Source of the DNA: Burkholderiales bacterium
GTDB lineage: Bacteria > Pseudomonadota > Gammaproteobacteria > Burkholderiales > SG8-39
Direction: 5' to 3'
DNA length: 64,000 nucleotides
Assembly: GCA_035542795.1 (NCBI GenBank)
Contig: DATKKT010000022.1
Coordinates: forward strand, 3,679 to 67,678
Below are positions 51,124 to 59,840 of the stretch, in pieces (the stretch's first letter is position 1; every line of letters begins with the position of its first letter). A program made the translations under genes and the position numbers. The notes beneath the pieces are model-generated. The model worked only from the letters and a program-made list of their open reading frames with translations, was not told the DNA's origin and searched no databases.

Positions 51124-52583
51124 ATCCTCTGCTTCAGGAGAGAGTCTCCAGTAAGCTCAGGGAGTTTCTGCCCGAGCGCGCCGTCCTCTGGCAGCCGGAG
51201 GACACGCGCCCCTACGAATGCGACGGCCTCACCGCCTACCGGCGCGTGCCGATGGTGGTGGCGCTGCCGGAGACCGAGGAGCAGGTGCAGCGCATCCTGC
51301 GCACCTGCCACGGGATGGACGTGCCCGTGGTGCCGCGAGGCGCGGGCACGGGGCTGTCGGGCGGCGCGCTGCCGCCCGGCGATGGCGTGCTGCTGTCGAT
51401 GGCAAAGTTCATGCGCGTGCTGCGCCTGGATCCCGTGGCGCGCATCGCGGTGGTGCAGCCGGGCGTGCGCAACGCGGCGATCTCCGACGTGGTGTCGCCC
51501 TTCGGCCTGTACTACGCGCCGGACCCTTCGAGCCAGATCGCCTGCTCGATCGGCGGCAACGTGGCGGAGAACTCCGGCGGCGTGCACTGCCTGAAGTACG
51601 GGCTCACCGTGCACAACGTGCTGCGCGTGCGCGGCTACACCATCGAGGGCGAGCCGGTGGACTTCGGCTCGGAGGCGCTCGATGCGCCGGGCTACGACCT
51701 GCTCGCGCTCGCGATCGGCTCGGAGGGCCTGCTCGCGGTCACGACCGAGGTCACGGTGCGGCTGCTGCCCAAGCCGGAAACCGCGCGCGTCATCATGGCC
51801 TCGTTCGACGACGTCGAGAAGGCGGGCGAGGCGGTTGCCGCGGTGATCGCCGCGGGCATCGTGCCGGCGGGCCTGGAGATGATGGACAAGCCGGCCACCG
51901 CCGCGGTCGAGCAGTTCGTGCACGCGGGCTACGACCTGGAGGCGGCGGCGATCCTCCTGTGCGAGTCGGACGGCACCGCCGAAGAGGTCGAGGAGGAAAT
52001 CGCGCGCGTGAAGGAGGTGCTCGCGAGGGCGGGCGCGACGCGCCTCGCCGTGTCGCGCGACGACGCCGAGCGGCTGCGCTTCTGGTCCGGGCGCAAGGCG
52101 GCCTTTCCGGCCGTGGGGCGCATCTCGCCCGACTACTACTGCATGGACGGCACGATCCCGAAGCGGCGCCTGGGCGAGGTGCTCAACTTCATCGGCGCGC
52201 TGGAGAAGAAGTACGGCCTGCGCTGCCCGAACGTCTTCCATGCCGGCGACGGCAACCTGCACCCGCTGATCCTGTTCGACGCCAACAGCGCGGACGAGCT
52301 CAAGCGCACCGAGGCGTTCGCCGCCGAGGTGCTGGAGAAGTGCGTCGAGGTGGGCGGTACGATCACCGGCGAGCACGGCGTCGGCGTCGAGAAGATCGAC
52401 CAGATGTGCGTGCAGTTCACGGCCGCCGAGCTGGAGATGTTCCGCGCCGTGAAGCGCGTCTTCGACGCCAAGGGGCTGCTCAACCCGGGCAAGGCGGTGC
52501 CCACGCTGCACCGCTGCGCGGAGTTCGGGCGCATGCACGTGAAATCGGGCACGCCGCCGCGCCCCGAGCTGCCGCGCTTTTGA
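51099..52583 (+). CDS. glcD: Glycolate oxidase subunit GlcD (FAD-linked)
   Basis: PYECDGLTAYR, RGAGTGLSGGALP, and PDPSSQIACSIGGNVAENSGGVHCLKYG (near-identical to the E. coli GlcD block). The ATG at 51099 overlaps hyi by 25 nt, so the start is uncertain. Confidence 0.9.
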   Translation: MGSGLPQVDPLLQERVSSKLREFLPERAVLWQPEDTRPYECDGLTAYRRVPMVVALPETEEQVQRILRTCHGMDVPVVPRGAGTGLSGGALPPGDGVLLSMAKFMRVLRLDPVARIAVVQPGVRNAAISDVVSPFGLYYAPDPSSQIACSIGGNVAENSGGVHCLKYGLTVHNVLRVRGYTIEGEPVDFGSEALDAPGYDLLALAIGSEGLLAVTTEVTVRLLPKPETARVIMASFDDVEKAGEAVAAVIAAGIVPAGLEMMDKPATAAVEQFVHAGYDLEAAAILLCESDGTAEEVEEEIARVKEVLARAGATRLAVSRDDAERLRFWSGRKAAFPAVGRISPDYYCMDGTIPKRRLGEVLNFIGALEKKYGLRCPNVFHAGDGNLHPLILFDANSADELKRTEAFAAEVLEKCVEVGGTITGEHGVGVEKIDQMCVQFTAAELEMFRAVKRVFDAKGLLNPGKAVPTLHRCAEFGRMHVKSGTPPRPELPRF

Positions 52584-53638
52584 GCCTAGAAGATCTCCGC
52601 GAGCGGGTTCGCGAGGCCGCCGGCCGCGGCCAGGCGCTGTGCATCCGCGGCGGCGGCAGCAAGGACTTCTACGGCAATGCGCCGCGCGGCGAAGTGCTCG
52701 ACACGCGGGGCTACGCGGGCGTGGTTTCCTATGAGCCGACCGAGCTCGTGATCACCGCAAGGTGCGGGACGTCCTTGCTTGAAATTCAGGATTTACTGGA
52801 GAAGCAAAATCAAGTTCTCCCGTTCGAGCCTCCTCACTTCGGCGCCGGTGCGACGCTCGGTGGCTGCGTCGCGGCCGGGCTCTCCGGCCCCCGGCGCGCG
52901 AGCGCGGGCGCCGTGCGCGACGCCGTGCTCGGCGCCAGGCTCGTCGACGGGCGCGGGCAGCTGCTCTCGTTCGGCGGCCAGGTGATGAAGAACGTGGCGG
53001 GCTACGACGTGTCGCGGCTGCTCGCCGGCTCGCTCGGCACGCTCGGGCTCATCGCAGAGGTGTCGCTCAAGCTGCTGCCGCGGCCGGCCGCAGAGCGCAC
53101 GCTGCGCTTCGAGATGACGCAGGCGAAGGCTCTCGAGAGCCTGAACCGCTGGGCGGGGCAGCCGCTTCCCGTGTCGGCGAGCGCCTGGTGCGAGGGCAGG
53201 CTCGCGCTGCGGCTTTCGGGCGCCGAGAGCGCGCTGCGCGCGGCGGCGCGCAAGCTGGGCGGCAAGGACGTCGCGGCCGAGGAGGCCGCGCGCTTCTGGG
53301 CGGGCGTGCGCGAGCACACCGATCCCTTCTTCGCGGGCGAGGCGCCGCTCTGGCGGCTGTCGCTGCCCTCGGGAGCGGGCGGGGTGGCGCTCGAGGGCGC
53401 GCAGCTCCTCGAGTGGGGCGGAGCGCTGCGCTGGCTGCGCACGGGCGCCGATGCCGGGCAGGTGCGCGCCGCGGCGGCGCGCGCCGGAGGCCACGCGACG
53501 CTGTTCCGCGCGCGCGACAAGTCGGCAGGCGCGTTCGCGCCGCTGCCGCCGCTGCTCGCGCGGCTGCACCGGGATCTCAAGCGCAGCTTCGATCCGGCGG
53601 GGATCTTCAATCCCGGCCGCCTGTACGCGGAGTTCTAG
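52580..53638 (+). CDS. glcE: Glycolate oxidase FAD-binding subunit GlcE
   Basis: YEPTELVITAR, GGQVMKNVAGYD and FNPGRLYAEF match the E. coli GlcE blocks. TTG start overlaps the glcD TGA (TTGA). This is the tail of the artefactual 806-aa ORF. Confidence 0.8.
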   Translation: MSLEDLRERVREAAGRGQALCIRGGGSKDFYGNAPRGEVLDTRGYAGVVSYEPTELVITARCGTSLLEIQDLLEKQNQVLPFEPPHFGAGATLGGCVAAGLSGPRRASAGAVRDAVLGARLVDGRGQLLSFGGQVMKNVAGYDVSRLLAGSLGTLGLIAEVSLKLLPRPAAERTLRFEMTQAKALESLNRWAGQPLPVSASAWCEGRLALRLSGAESALRAAARKLGGKDVAAEEAARFWAGVREHTDPFFAGEAPLWRLSLPSGAGGVALEGAQLLEWGGALRWLRTGADAGQVRAAAARAGGHATLFRARDKSAGAFAPLPPLLARLHRDLKRSFDPAGIFNPGRLYAEF

Positions 53639-54030
53639 GCCTTGGCGAGCTTCTTCTTTTCCGCCTCGACCCTCGCGCGCGCCTGGTCCGCGAAGCCCGA
53701 CGCCGGGAACCGCGCCAGCAGGCGCGCGTACAGCTGGATCGCGAGCGCGGGCTCGCCCGCTTCGCCCGCCTTGTGCGCGGCCTCGAACAGCAGCTTCTGC
53801 TGCGCAAGGCCCGCGGACGGAGCAAGCGCCGCGTTCGAGGCCGGCGCCGCGACCGGCTCGGCCGGAGCCGGGTCGGCCGGCTTGCCGTTCCCCTTGGCCG
53901 CCGCGAGAAAGGCGGCCATGCGGTCCTCCTGCGCGGCTTCCCGCGCCTGCCAGCGCTTCGCGCCGTACCAGACGAGACCGCCGGCGCCGAGCGCGATGAC
54001 GGCGATGACGAGCCAGAACATGGCGAGCAT
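53635..54030 (-). CDS. Single-pass membrane protein with Pro/Ala linker and TPR-like C-terminus (131 aa)
   Basis: MLAMFWLVIAVIALGAGGLVWYG TM helix, then a PADPAPAEPVAAPA linker, then ALAIQLYARLLARFPASGFADQARARVE. Strong G/C third-position bias. Stop codons of this gene and glcE overlap (CTAG). Confidence 0.5.
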   Translation of the reverse strand: MLAMFWLVIAVIALGAGGLVWYGAKRWQAREAAQEDRMAAFLAAAKGNGKPADPAPAEPVAAPASNAALAPSAGLAQQKLLFEAAHKAGEAGEPALAIQLYARLLARFPASGFADQARARVEAEKKKLAKA

Positions 54031-54063
54031 GCGAAAAGTATAGCGAGGCAGGCAGGCGCATCC

Positions 54064-55296
54064 ATGCAGACCCAGCTCGCCGACTTCATCCGCGATACGC
54101 CCGAGGGACGCGAGGCGGACGCGATCCTGCGCAAGTGCGTGCATTGCGGCTTCTGCACCGCGACCTGCCCGACCTACCAGCTGCTCGGCGACGAGCTCGA
54201 CGGCCCGCGCGGGCGCATCTACCTGATCAAGCAGCTCCTCGAGGGCGCGGCGCCGACCGTGAAGACGCAGCTGCACCTCGACCGCTGCCTCAGCTGCCGC
54301 TCCTGCGAGAGCACCTGCCCTTCGGGCGTGCAGTACGGGCGCCTCGCGGACATCGGGCGCGGCATCGTCGAGCAGAAAGTCGGCCGCGGCCTGCTGGCGC
54401 GATTGCAGAGAACCCTGCTGGGCGCGGTCATTCCGAACACCGCCTTGTTCTCGTTCCTGCTCTCGATCGGGCGGTTCTTCCGTTTCGCTGTTCCGGGAGG
54501 ACTCAAAGAGAAGATTCCCGTGAAAATCCCTGCGGGCGACTGGCCTCCTGCACGCCATGCCAGAAGGATGCTCGTGCTCGCGGGCTGCGCGCAGCCGGCG
54601 ATCGCGCCGCGCATCAATGCCGCCGCGGCGCGCGTGCTCGATCGGGCCGGCATCTCGCTCGTGGAAGCGTCCGGCGCGGGCTGCTGCGGGGCGGTGCGCT
54701 TTCACCTGAACGAGCAGGCGGCGGGCCGCAACGACATGCGAGCGCTCATCGATGCCTGGTGGCCGGCCGTCGAGCGCGGTGGAATCGAGGCGATCGCGAT
54801 CACCGCGAGCGGCTGCGGCAGCTTCATCAAGGAGTACGCGCACCACCTCGCGCAGGATCCCGCCTACCGCGAAAAGGCCGAGCGCATCGTCGGCTTGACG
54901 AAAGATCTCTCGGAAATCGTTCCGGAGGAGTGCATTCAGCAGGCCGATGCCTCCTCGCGGGTCGCCTTCCAGTCGCCTTGCTCGCTGCAGCACGGCCAGC
55001 AGATCCGCGGCAAAGTCGAAGGCCTGCTGGCGAAGGCCGGCTACGAGCTGACGCCCGTGCCCGATGCGCACCTGTGCTGCGGCTCGGCCGGCACCTACTC
55101 GATCCTGCAGCCCGAGCTCTCTGGCCGCTTGAAGGAGCGCAAGCTGGCCGCGCTCTCGGCGGGCGAGCCGCAGGCGATCGCCACCGCCAACATCGGTTGC
55201 CTCGCGCACCTGCAGGCAGGCGCGCGCGTGCCCGTGCGGCATTGGATCGAGCTGCTCGACGAGGCGGCCGCGACGGCGCAAAATTCCGGGCCATGA
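54064..55296 (+). CDS. glcF: Glycolate oxidase iron-sulfur subunit GlcF
   Basis: Two ferredoxin-type clusters, CVHCGFCTATCP and CLSCRSCESTCP, plus CCG domains (CCGSAG). Confidence 0.9.
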   Translation: MQTQLADFIRDTPEGREADAILRKCVHCGFCTATCPTYQLLGDELDGPRGRIYLIKQLLEGAAPTVKTQLHLDRCLSCRSCESTCPSGVQYGRLADIGRGIVEQKVGRGLLARLQRTLLGAVIPNTALFSFLLSIGRFFRFAVPGGLKEKIPVKIPAGDWPPARHARRMLVLAGCAQPAIAPRINAAAARVLDRAGISLVEASGAGCCGAVRFHLNEQAAGRNDMRALIDAWWPAVERGGIEAIAITASGCGSFIKEYAHHLAQDPAYREKAERIVGLTKDLSEIVPEECIQQADASSRVAFQSPCSLQHGQQIRGKVEGLLAKAGYELTPVPDAHLCCGSAGTYSILQPELSGRLKERKLAALSAGEPQAIATANIGCLAHLQAGARVPVRHWIELLDEAAATAQNSGP

Positions 55297-57392
55297 ACGC
55301 TCCCCGCTCCGCGCCGGGCCTTGCCGACGCCGATGCCGCCGTGAAGGTGGTGCGCGCGGCCTGCCCGCACGACTGCCCGGACACCTGCGCGATGCTGGTG
55401 ACGGTGAAGGACGGCGTCGCGGTGAAGGTGCAGGGCGATCCGCTGCACCCGTTCACCGACGGCACGCTGTGCACCAAGGTGAGCCACTACGCCGAGCGCA
55501 CCTACGCGCCGGACCGGCTGCTGCACCCGATGCGGCGCACGGGTCCGAAGGGCAGCGGCGAGTTCCGGCGCATCAGCTGGGACGAGGCGCTCGAGGAGAT
55601 CGCCGCGCGCCTGAAGGCGCTCGCGGCCGAAGATCCGCAGACCATCCTGCCGCTCAGCTACGCGGGCACCATGGGCATGCTGCAGTACATGTCGATGGAC
55701 CGGCGCTTCTTCCACAAGCTGGGCGCCTCGCAGCTGGAGCGCACGCTATGCTCGTCGGCGGGCAAGGCCGGCATCAAGGCGACGCTGGGCGGCAGCTACG
55801 GCATGGATCCCGAGCACTACCCGGATGCGAAGCTGATCCTGATCTGGGGCTCCAACCCGATCGCCTCCAACCTGCACTTCTGGTCGCGCGCGCAGGAGGC
55901 CAAGCGCCGCGGCGCGAAGCTCGTCGCGATCGATCCCTACCGCAGCCTGACCGCGGAGAAGTGCACCCAGCACATCGCGCCGCTGCCGGGCACCGACGGC
56001 GCGCTCGCGCTCGGCATGATGCACGTCCTGATCACGGAGAACCTGATCGACGAGGACTATGTTGCGCGCTTCACGCTGGGTTTTGATCTTTTGAAGGAAA
56101 AAATCAGAATCCATACCCCGGAGTGGGCGGCGCAGATCTGCGGTCTCGATGTCCAGGAGATCGTCCAGCTCGCGCGCGACTACGGCACGGCGAAGCCCGC
56201 GGCGATCCGTCTCAACTACGGCATGCAGCGGCATGCGGGCGGCGGCATGGCCGCGCGCACGATCGCCTGCCTGCCCGCGCTGGTGGGCGCCTGGCGCGAC
56301 CCGGCGGGCGGCCTGCTGCTCACGACCGCCGACAACTACCACTTCGACCATGCTGCGCTCGAGCGCCCGGACCTCATGCCGACGCCGCGTCCGCGCGTGA
56401 TCAACCACTCGCGGCTGGGCGAAGCACTCACCTCGGCCGAGCCGCCGGTGCGCGCCGTGATCGTCTACAACAACAATCCGGTCGCCGTCTGCCCGGATTC
56501 CAACCGGGTGCTCAAGGGCTTCGCGCGCGAGGACATGTTCTGCGTGGTGATGGATTCCTTTCTCACCGACACCGCGGACTACGCCGACATCGTCCTGCCG
56601 GCCACCACGCAGCTCGAGCATGCCGACATCCACAAGTCCTACGGGCACCTGTACGTGGTGGCGAACAACGCGGCGATCGCGCCCGTGGGCGAGTCGCTGC
56701 CGAACGCGGAGGTGTTCCGGCGCCTCGCCGCGCGCATGGGTTTTACAGAGCCGTGCTTTCGCGACAGCGACGACGACCTGGCGCGTCAGGCGATCGGCTC
56801 GGGGCACCCCAACCTCGCCGGCATCGACTGGGAGACGCTCCGGCAGAACGGCTGGCAGCGCCTCGCGCTGCCGAAGACCTTCGCGCCGTTCGCGAAGGGC
56901 GGCTTCCACACGCCCTCGGGCAAGTGCGAGTTCTACAGCGAGTCGCTCGCGAAGCATGGTTTCGACCCGCTGCCCGGCTACACGCCGCCCGCCGAGCTGC
57001 CCTCGAGCAATCCGGAGCTCGCGCGCAAGTACCCGCTCAATTTCCTCTCGCCGCCGGTTCGCAATTTCCTGAATTCCTCGTTCGCGAACCTGAAGCGCTT
57101 CCGCGACGCCGAAGGCGAGCCTGCGCTGGAGCTGCACTCCGCGGACGCCGCGCCGCGCGGCATCCGCGACGGCGACCGCGTGCGCGTATTCAACGACCGC
57201 GGCAGCGTCGAGCTGCGCGCGCGAGTGAACGACAGGCCGCGCCGCGGCGTCGTGGTGGCGCCCTCAGTCTGGTGGCGCAAGTTCACGCCCGACCGGCGCA
57301 ACGCGAACGATCTCACCTCGCAGCGCACCGCCGACCTGGGCGGTGCGGCCACGTTCTACGACTGCCTGGTCGAGGTCGAGCGCGCCGCGTAG
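55293..57392 (+). CDS. Cytoplasmic molybdopterin (MopB/DMSO reductase superfamily) oxidoreductase, substrate unknown
   Basis: N-terminal Fe-S cysteine group CPHDCPDTC...C. Typical MopB blocks (LILIWGSNP, KLVAIDPYRS). C-terminal barrel (RIRDGDRVRVFNDRG). No Tat signal. ATGA overlap with the glcF stop. Confidence 0.8.
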   Translation: MNAPRSAPGLADADAAVKVVRAACPHDCPDTCAMLVTVKDGVAVKVQGDPLHPFTDGTLCTKVSHYAERTYAPDRLLHPMRRTGPKGSGEFRRISWDEALEEIAARLKALAAEDPQTILPLSYAGTMGMLQYMSMDRRFFHKLGASQLERTLCSSAGKAGIKATLGGSYGMDPEHYPDAKLILIWGSNPIASNLHFWSRAQEAKRRGAKLVAIDPYRSLTAEKCTQHIAPLPGTDGALALGMMHVLITENLIDEDYVARFTLGFDLLKEKIRIHTPEWAAQICGLDVQEIVQLARDYGTAKPAAIRLNYGMQRHAGGGMAARTIACLPALVGAWRDPAGGLLLTTADNYHFDHAALERPDLMPTPRPRVINHSRLGEALTSAEPPVRAVIVYNNNPVAVCPDSNRVLKGFAREDMFCVVMDSFLTDTADYADIVLPATTQLEHADIHKSYGHLYVVANNAAIAPVGESLPNAEVFRRLAARMGFTEPCFRDSDDDLARQAIGSGHPNLAGIDWETLRQNGWQRLALPKTFAPFAKGGFHTPSGKCEFYSESLAKHGFDPLPGYTPPAELPSSNPELARKYPLNFLSPPVRNFLNSSFANLKRFRDAEGEPALELHSADAAPRGIRDGDRVRVFNDRGSVELRARVNDRPRRGVVVAPSVWWRKFTPDRRNANDLTSQRTADLGGAATFYDCLVEVERAA

Positions 57393-57454
57393 GCGGCGCG
57401 CGTCGGCCCCTGCGCGCCGCCCGTCGGCGCGACTGCAAGAAAAGGTCAGTCGCG
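57392..57454 (+). terminator. Two GC-rich hairpins after the molybdoenzyme gene (possible terminator or attenuator)
   Basis: GGCGGCGCGC-N10-GCGCGCCGCC (57392..57421) and CGCGACTG-N11-CAGTCGCG (57428..57454). Neither has a U-tract. Confidence 0.3.
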
Positions 57455-57502
57455 TGCGACAGTTCCAGCGGGCCGTGCCGACTGGGGGATAGCTTGGCGC
57501 CG

Positions 57503-59821
57503 ATGAACGACGAACGCCTGGTGACGGCGCGCATCGCCGCGCTGTTCAGCCTCGCCTGGCCGGCCTATTTCGCCTCGGTCGCGCTCGCGTGCCTGCTGCT
57601 GCTCGTGCTCTGGGGGGAATTCCCGGCGCCGCTGCTGCTCGGCTGGCTGGGCGCCATGATCGCGCTCACGGCCGTGCGCGTCGGCCTGCAGGGCGCGTAT
57701 CGCCGCGCGCCCGCCGCGCTCTCGGCGCGCGCCTGGGAGCGGTTCTTCGTGCTCGGGGCGTTCGGTGCCGGGGCGATCTGGACCTTCGCGCCCGCGGTGT
57801 TCCTGCCCGGGGCCGGGCCGCTGCTGCAGCTGCCGGTGGTGTTCGTGGTCGGCGGCACGATCATCGGCGCCGCGGGCGTGTACGCGGCGAGCCCGACCGC
57901 GTACTACGCGTTCAGCGCCCTGCCTCTGGTCGCGGTCGTGGCGCAGCTGCTCGCGCAGGGCGGCGGGACCTATCCGCTTCTCGCGCTCATGGTCGCGGTG
58001 TTCGGCGCGGCGATGATTTCCGTGTATCGCGGCATCCACGGCAACGTGCTCAGCGCGCTGCGCACGCGCATCGAGAACGAGGAGCTGCTCGCGCGCTTGG
58101 CGCGGAACGAGGCCAAGCTGCGCGAGGCCGTGGACGAGGCGGTCGGCAAGGTGACCGAGCTCGAGCAGGCGCAAGCGGCCTACCAGGAGCTCGCCGCCGA
58201 GGAGAAGCTGGTGTTCGACACGCTGCCGGTGGGCGTCGCGTTCTTCTCCGAGCGCGTCATCCTGCGCTGCAACCGCCGGCTGGAGCAGATGCTGGGCTAC
58301 GAGCCGGGCGAGCTCGCCGGACGCTCCTCGCGCGTGCTGTATCCGTCGGACGCGCTCTGGAACGAGGCGGGCGAGCGCTACAAGCTGCTGGCCGGCGGCC
58401 AGGTGCTCGAGGGCGAATTCAAGCTGCAGCGCAAGGACGGCAGCCAGCTCTGGTGCCACTCGGTCGGGCGCTCGATGAACCCGCACGAGCCGCGCGCGTC
58501 CACGATCGTCACCTACAGCGACACCAGCGCGCGCCACGCCGCCGAGCGCGCGCTGCGCAAGAGCGAGGCGATGTACCGCAACCTCGTCGAGACCTCGAAC
58601 GACCTCATCTGGGCGGTGGACGCGGAGGGGCGCTGGACCTACCTCAGCCCGGCCGCGGCGCGCCGCATCTACGGCTGCCAGCCCGGCGAGCTGCTCGGCC
58701 GCGCGTTCAGCGAGATGCTCGCGCCCGAGGTGGGCGAGCGCGACCTGGCGGTGTTCCAGCGCATCCTCGCCGGCGAGTCGGTGTTCGACTATCAGACGCG
58801 CCACCTGCGCCGCGACGGCGCGCACGTCGACCTGTCGTTCAACGCGGTGCCGATGCGCGACGCACGCGGCGCGGTGACCGGCGCGACCGGAACCGCGCGC
58901 GACGTCACCGCCGAGAAGGTCGCCGCCGCCGCGCAGTACGAGAACGTCGAGAAGCTGCGCCTCGCGGTGGACGCGGCCGAGCTCACGTACTGGGAATGGG
59001 AGCGCGACACCGATCAGCTGCACTGGGGCCGCGACCCCTCGACGCTGGTCGGCGACGCGGGCGGGCGCAATACGCGCTGGTCCGAGTACCTGCAGATCGT
59101 GCACCCGGAGGACCGCGAGCGGTACCTCGCGACGGTGAACGCCGCCTGGGAGCAGGCCGGCGCGTGCTCCAACGAGTACCGCGTGATCCGCGGCGACGGC
59201 CGCGTCGCCTGGCTGTCCTCTCACGGCAAGACGCTGGCCGACCCCACGGGGCGCGTCTACCGCATGATCGGCGTGTCGCAGGACATCACCGACCGCAAGC
59301 GCCAGGAGGAGGAGGCGCGCTTCCTCGCCTACCACGACACGCTCACCGGGCTGCCGAACCGCCGCCTGCTCGACGACCGGCTGCGCCAGGCGGTATTCCT
59401 CGCGCAGCGCCGCGACACGCGCGTCGCGGTGATGGTGATCGACCTGGACCGCTTCAAGCAGGTCAACGACGCCCTCGGCCACCGCGCGGGCGACGCCGTG
59501 CTGCGCGAAGCCTCGCACCGCATCGCCGGCTGTGTGCGCAAGGCCGACACGCTCGCGCGCCACGGCGGCGACGAGTTCGTCGTCGTGATCCCCGACCTGC
59601 GCCAGGACGGCGACAGCCAGGTGGTGGCCGAGAAGATCCTGCGCGCGCTGGAGCCGCCGTTCCGCGTCGACGGGCACGACTTCGCGATCGGCGCGAGCAT
59701 CGGCATCTCGCTCTATCCGACCGACGCGGGCGACGGCGAAGCCGTGCTGCGCAACGCCGACGTCGCCATGTACCGCGCCAAGCAGCTCGGCCGCAACAAC
59801 TACCGCTTCTACGGCCGCTAG
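57503..59821 (+). CDS. Membrane sensor diguanylate cyclase (multi-TM N-domain, three PAS domains, GGDEF)
   Basis: N-terminal ~190 aa hydrophobic. Three PAS-like repeats. GGDEF active site RHGGDEFVVV with I-site RKAD five residues upstream. ATG at codon 461 of the artefactual 1232-aa ORF. Confidence 0.85.
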   Translation: MNDERLVTARIAALFSLAWPAYFASVALACLLLLVLWGEFPAPLLLGWLGAMIALTAVRVGLQGAYRRAPAALSARAWERFFVLGAFGAGAIWTFAPAVFLPGAGPLLQLPVVFVVGGTIIGAAGVYAASPTAYYAFSALPLVAVVAQLLAQGGGTYPLLALMVAVFGAAMISVYRGIHGNVLSALRTRIENEELLARLARNEAKLREAVDEAVGKVTELEQAQAAYQELAAEEKLVFDTLPVGVAFFSERVILRCNRRLEQMLGYEPGELAGRSSRVLYPSDALWNEAGERYKLLAGGQVLEGEFKLQRKDGSQLWCHSVGRSMNPHEPRASTIVTYSDTSARHAAERALRKSEAMYRNLVETSNDLIWAVDAEGRWTYLSPAAARRIYGCQPGELLGRAFSEMLAPEVGERDLAVFQRILAGESVFDYQTRHLRRDGAHVDLSFNAVPMRDARGAVTGATGTARDVTAEKVAAAAQYENVEKLRLAVDAAELTYWEWERDTDQLHWGRDPSTLVGDAGGRNTRWSEYLQIVHPEDRERYLATVNAAWEQAGACSNEYRVIRGDGRVAWLSSHGKTLADPTGRVYRMIGVSQDITDRKRQEEEARFLAYHDTLTGLPNRRLLDDRLRQAVFLAQRRDTRVAVMVIDLDRFKQVNDALGHRAGDAVLREASHRIAGCVRKADTLARHGGDEFVVVIPDLRQDGDSQVVAEKILRALEPPFRVDGHDFAIGASIGISLYPTDAGDGEAVLRNADVAMYRAKQLGRNNYRFYGR

Positions 59822-59840
59822 CGGCGGAGGAGTAGAGTAC

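Noticed and set aside
56123-57502. N-terminal 460 codons of the 1232-aa ORF ending as the diguanylate cyclase
   Set aside because: It is an out-of-frame overlap with the molybdopterin oxidoreductase and is Arg/Pro/Ala-rich junk. The sensor protein starts at the ATG at 57503, followed immediately by TM helices.
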